A stretch of 64,000 bases of DNA, from NCBI GenBank assembly GCA_033764955.1, contig JANRIL010000005.1, positions 96,001 to 160,000 of the forward strand, read 5' to 3'. The notes under the pieces were generated by a model that worked only from the letters and a program-made list of their open reading frames with translations, did not search any database and had not been told where the DNA came from. Shown in pieces: positions 60,847 through 64,000 of the stretch. Within the stretch, counting starts at the first letter, position 1. Each line of letters opens with the position of its first letter. This DNA is from Cyanobacteriota bacterium. Its GTDB lineage: Bacteria > Cyanobacteriota > Cyanobacteriia > Thermostichales > Thermostichaceae. Position numbers and translations under genes: made by a program.

Positions 60847-62301
60847 CTAATCATTCTCATCCAGCGGACGAGCGGACGTTTCGTGGCCTTCTCCCGTGCT
60901 AGCCAGGTTGAGGGATCCCTGGGTAATGGCTGAAGGAACCACAGGCCAAGGGGCAGTGATCAGTGCCACCCCCAACCACCACAGCATTTGCACCTGGGGG
61001 CGATACCAAACCGTGTCTACGAATCCATGTACGGCCATCCCCAGGCTTGCCGCTAGTCCGGCAGCCACCCACCAGGCTTGTGGATGACGTTGTTGCCATA
61101 ACCCTACCCACGTCTGCCAACCCTGTACCCCTAACGTGATCACAAACCAGGAAAAACTCAAGATCCCCAAAAGACCGGACTCTAGGGTGATCTCCAAAGG
61201 TACCGAATAGGCTCCCAGGGCGCTGTAGTTGCCCTGTTGATAGAGGGGGTAAACACGGTTAAAGGCATCATTGCCGGGGCCAATCCCCAAGAGGGGAAAG
61301 TCGCCAATCATGCGTAAACAGGCCATCCAGACATTCAGACGAAAATTGTTGCTGGTATCATTAGCTCCGGCAAAAATGCTGAGAAAGCGGAGGCGAAGCG
61401 GCTCAACTGTCCATATCCCCACCGCCAAAACCAGCAGGGATCCCGTCAACAGAGCAGGAATTGTCCAGCGCCGCCACCGCACGGGCAGATAGGGGTTAAT
61501 CCACTGCACCATCAAGATGCCCATCAGACCCAAGCCGGCTAATCCCCCCAACCAGGCTCCCCGACTCAGACTCCGCACCAGACAAAAGGCGTTCATCCCC
61601 GTGATCAGCAAGGCCAAGAATTGGCACCCCCAGCCTCGCCAGGAAATGATAGCCGCCAACCCCCACGGCAAAAGGGGAACCAAAAACCCACCATACAAGT
61701 TTGGGTTTTGCAGGAAGCTATAGACACGGGTTACCCCTGCCACACCCGATTCGGGATCCACCCAGGTGGCGAGGTCGGCGGCTCCATAAAAGTATTGGCG
61801 GATCCCGTAGACCGCCATCCAGAGACTAACCAGGAGAGTGACTCCGATCAGGGGGGAGCGGGCAGAGGGGCGGCGCAGGATTTGGTGCAACAGCAGAAAG
61901 CCCAAAAGATAGAGGGTTAGCTTCAGCCACCCATCACGAGCAACATAGGCAACCGGGGAGAGGAGGGTCGCCAGGGTGGCAATTCCCCAGTAGACAGCCA
62001 GGGGCAGATGCACGGGAGTCACATCCAACCCACGGGTGAGCCACTGCACCCCCAAAAGCCCCGCCATAGCCAGTAACACCAACCCCAGAGGGGCAGTAGC
62101 CGCTTGGGAAGCCAGAACAAAATAAAGACAAGCCACCAGGAAACAAAAGGGTTCAAAAGCGGGCATCAACCAACTGGCTACAGCCCATGGCTGCAAACGT
62201 CCCGCCAATCGGCCCAGGACACTAACCCGCCAACTGGCGGATAGGGCTTCTGCCTGCTCAAGGGATCCCTCTGCCCCCAGCCATTTTTGCCATGCTGTCA
62301 T
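60847..62301 (-). CDS. ictB: IctB family membrane protein (O-antigen ligase-like)
   Basis: LATWVDP.S, TRVYS.L.NPNL, SRGAW, D.SNNFR.NVW, GIGPGN.AFN.VYPLY and DTVWYRPQV. Confidence 0.92.
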   Translation of the reverse strand: MTAWQKWLGAEGSLEQAEALSASWRVSVLGRLAGRLQPWAVASWLMPAFEPFCFLVACLYFVLASQAATAPLGLVLLAMAGLLGVQWLTRGLDVTPVHLPLAVYWGIATLATLLSPVAYVARDGWLKLTLYLLGFLLLHQILRRPSARSPLIGVTLLVSLWMAVYGIRQYFYGAADLATWVDPESGVAGVTRVYSFLQNPNLYGGFLVPLLPWGLAAIISWRGWGCQFLALLITGMNAFCLVRSLSRGAWLGGLAGLGLMGILMVQWINPYLPVRWRRWTIPALLTGSLLVLAVGIWTVEPLRLRFLSIFAGANDTSNNFRLNVWMACLRMIGDFPLLGIGPGNDAFNRVYPLYQQGNYSALGAYSVPLEITLESGLLGILSFSWFVITLGVQGWQTWVGLWQQRHPQAWWVAAGLAASLGMAVHGFVDTVWYRPQVQMLWWLGVALITAPWPVVPSAITQGSLNLASTGEGHETSARPLDEND

Positions 62302-62379
62302 CGCCACCTCAACCCCACCTGAAATCAAAAATCACATTGCTTTTTGCGCTGCCTTGGCTCTGAAAAATCTAGGGATTCC

Positions 62380-62670
62380 CTAACACAATTGGGGGTGCAT
62401 CCGGCGATAAATCATGGGGCAAGCGGGGATCCCCGCTTCCACCTGCTGCCGAATTAAGAACGGGATCTCCACCGGCTGCACTCGTTCGTACCAGATCGGT
62501 TCGCTGCCGATCAAGACCATTGGCCCATGCCCACACTGCCCTAAACAACCCGATGCCTCAATCTGCAATCGATGGTCAGCCAGTTCTCTAAACGTAGCTA
62601 GCACTTGCCGGGATCCCTGCTGCCGACAACAGCGACCCTGACACACCAAAACGGAAACCGTATCCAGCAT
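62380..62670 (-). CDS. thioredoxin-like [2Fe-2S] ferredoxin
   Basis: VCQGRCC...GS..V and SGCLGQCGHGPMV. Confidence 0.88.
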   Translation of the reverse strand: MLDTVSVLVCQGRCCRQQGSRQVLATFRELADHRLQIEASGCLGQCGHGPMVLIGSEPIWYERVQPVEIPFLIRQQVEAGIPACPMIYRRMHPQLC

Positions 62671-62698
62671 AGGGATCCCTCAAGCAAGTGGACGCTAC

Positions 62699-63487
62699 CT
62701 AGCCTAAGCTTAAGAACCTCTCCAGATCATGGGTGATAGCTGGCGGCCAGCGCCGAATGGTTTTGACCCACTCCAGATCTTGATAGCGGGGATCCAATCC
62801 CATGACCGCCACCCAGTGACTTTCGGCTTCCCCGACTTTATGTTCCGCCCAGAGAATGGCCGTCAGGGCGGCTCGCACATCGGCAAATTTCGGATACTTC
62901 CTGAGCAACTGCTTCATCTCTCGCACCGCGGCTGGGGATTGACCCAGTTGATAAAGCATCAGGGCATGATTAGCTTGCGCAAAAGCAAACTGAGGATCCT
63001 GTTGCATAGCCTCTTGATAGTCAGCCAGGGATCCCGACCAATCCGCCAAGCCCGCCTTGGCATTGCCACGATTATTCAAAGCTGCCGCATCCTGAGGATT
63101 GAGTTGCAGCACATGGTCATAATCGGCAATCGCCTGCTGCCATTGACCCAACCCTTCCCAGGCCGCTCCCCGATTTAGATAGGGATCCGTAGCCTGGGGA
63201 GCCAACCGTATCGCCTCGGCATAGTCGGTGAGTGCCTCCGTTAACTTATGCTGGCTGACCCGCGCATTGCCACGATTGCTCCAGATGGCTGGATTTTGAG
63301 GATCCTGTTCCAGCAGTTGTGTCCAATATCCTTCGGCGGTGGCAAAATCTCCTTGCTCTGTCGCCGCCAACGCCTGATCAATTAAGGCGTCAAACCCAAG
63401 GGATCCCCCATCGGCAGCAACAACCGACGGTGACAGGCACAAGAGCAAACAAAGACTCAGCCAACAACTTAACCAAAATCGCACCAT
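62699..63487 (-). CDS. secreted tetratricopeptide-repeat protein
   Basis: Signal peptide, repeated NRG...A..DY..A TPR units and a C-terminal IRRWPP. Confidence 0.9.
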   Translation of the reverse strand: MVRFWLSCWLSLCLLLCLSPSVVAADGGSLGFDALIDQALAATEQGDFATAEGYWTQLLEQDPQNPAIWSNRGNARVSQHKLTEALTDYAEAIRLAPQATDPYLNRGAAWEGLGQWQQAIADYDHVLQLNPQDAAALNNRGNAKAGLADWSGSLADYQEAMQQDPQFAFAQANHALMLYQLGQSPAAVREMKQLLRKYPKFADVRAALTAILWAEHKVGEAESHWVAVMGLDPRYQDLEWVKTIRRWPPAITHDLERFLSLG

Positions 63488-63682
63488 GATCAGCCAATCC
63501 TCACAATCAACTGGGGTAGGTAAAAAACACCCCCGCCGGGGATCCCCCCATCATCCTAATCCCCACCCATACCCAGACGGAGATGAAGACCAACAAGAAG
63601 GTCGGGAAGGATCAAGCTGGACTTGCTCCCGAACAAGTGTCAAAATAAATATACGGTATCTCCATCGGGATAGGCGAGATTC

Positions 63683-64000
63683 ATGGCTATACAATTCACC
63701 TCCCAACATCTGTCTGCGATCCGGCGGCATGGTGAGCGGGCGTTTCCCTATGAGTGTTGTGGGTTGCTGCTGGGGGAATGGCGGCGAGACGGTAAAATCA
63801 TTCACGAATTATGGCAGGTGGAGAATACCTGGGACGGAGCTGAGAACCCCGTGGCCGATGGAGAATCGAGTCAACGCCGTTTTTTGATCGATCCCCTCGA
63901 TTTTAAGCGGGGACATGACTACGCTCATGCCAAGGGTTGGGGAGTGGTCGGCACCTATCACTCTCACCCCAATCATCCCGCCCATCCTTCCGAATTTGAT
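63683..64000 (+). CDS. M67/JAB (JAMM) metallopeptidase, 3' end runs off the window
   Basis: Not in the ORF track in this frame. MAIQF...FPYECCGLLLG...RFLIDP...GTYHSHPNHPAHPSEFD carries the JAMM motif. Confidence 0.88.
   Translation, partial: MAIQFTSQHLSAIRRHGERAFPYECCGLLLGEWRRDGKIIHELWQVENTWDGAENPVADGESSQRRFLIDPLDFKRGHDYAHAKGWGVVGTYHSHPNHPAHPSEFD

Larger units (their letters stand above)
1..64000. repeat. highly iterated palindrome GGGATCCC, dispersed
   Basis: Many copies in genes and spacers, e.g. 11953, 38374, 49222, 49749 and 54838. I did not spot GCGATCGC by eye. Confidence 0.9.

Noticed and set aside
63486..63887. 133-aa plus-strand ORF
   Set aside because: The real gene is in another frame (63683 onward, JAMM motif).

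Overview
Cyanobacterial chromosome segment. The palindrome GGGATCCC recurs throughout in place of canonical HIP1 GCGATCGC, which suggests the Thermostichus / hot-spring Synechococcus OS-A/OS-B' lineage or a relative (inference). Most of the window is core genes: tpiA, rsmH-ftsL, ilvN, dnaN, dapL, tsaE, rph, accA, trpD, opcA, pheT, putA, btpA, pcyA, zwf, fbp, nrrA, ictB and tRNA-Arg(UCU). The likely replication origin lies upstream of dnaN, with about 10 DnaA boxes and DnaA-trio-like repeats on both strands; dnaA is not adjacent. The most notable accessory element is a ~12 kb co-oriented nitrogen-scavenging cluster (6587-18671). It encodes a 3-His cupin, two ABC importers, a stand-alone allophanate-hydrolase C-terminal-like protein, a formamidase-like nitrilase, biuret hydrolase (BiuH-like) and triuret hydrolase (TrtA-like). 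The leader of its first ABC operon looks structured and switch-like. Other oddities: a secreted YHS protein with NPCAG repeats, an S41 protease homologue lacking its catalytic residues, an IS5 remnant truncated exactly at GGGATCCC, opcA separated from fbp-zwf in a way one inversion would explain, a frameshifted PD-(D/E)XK gene, a BrnT/BrnA-like pair and two paralogous ~68-aa proteins. All calls come from reading motifs by eye; no database searches were run.
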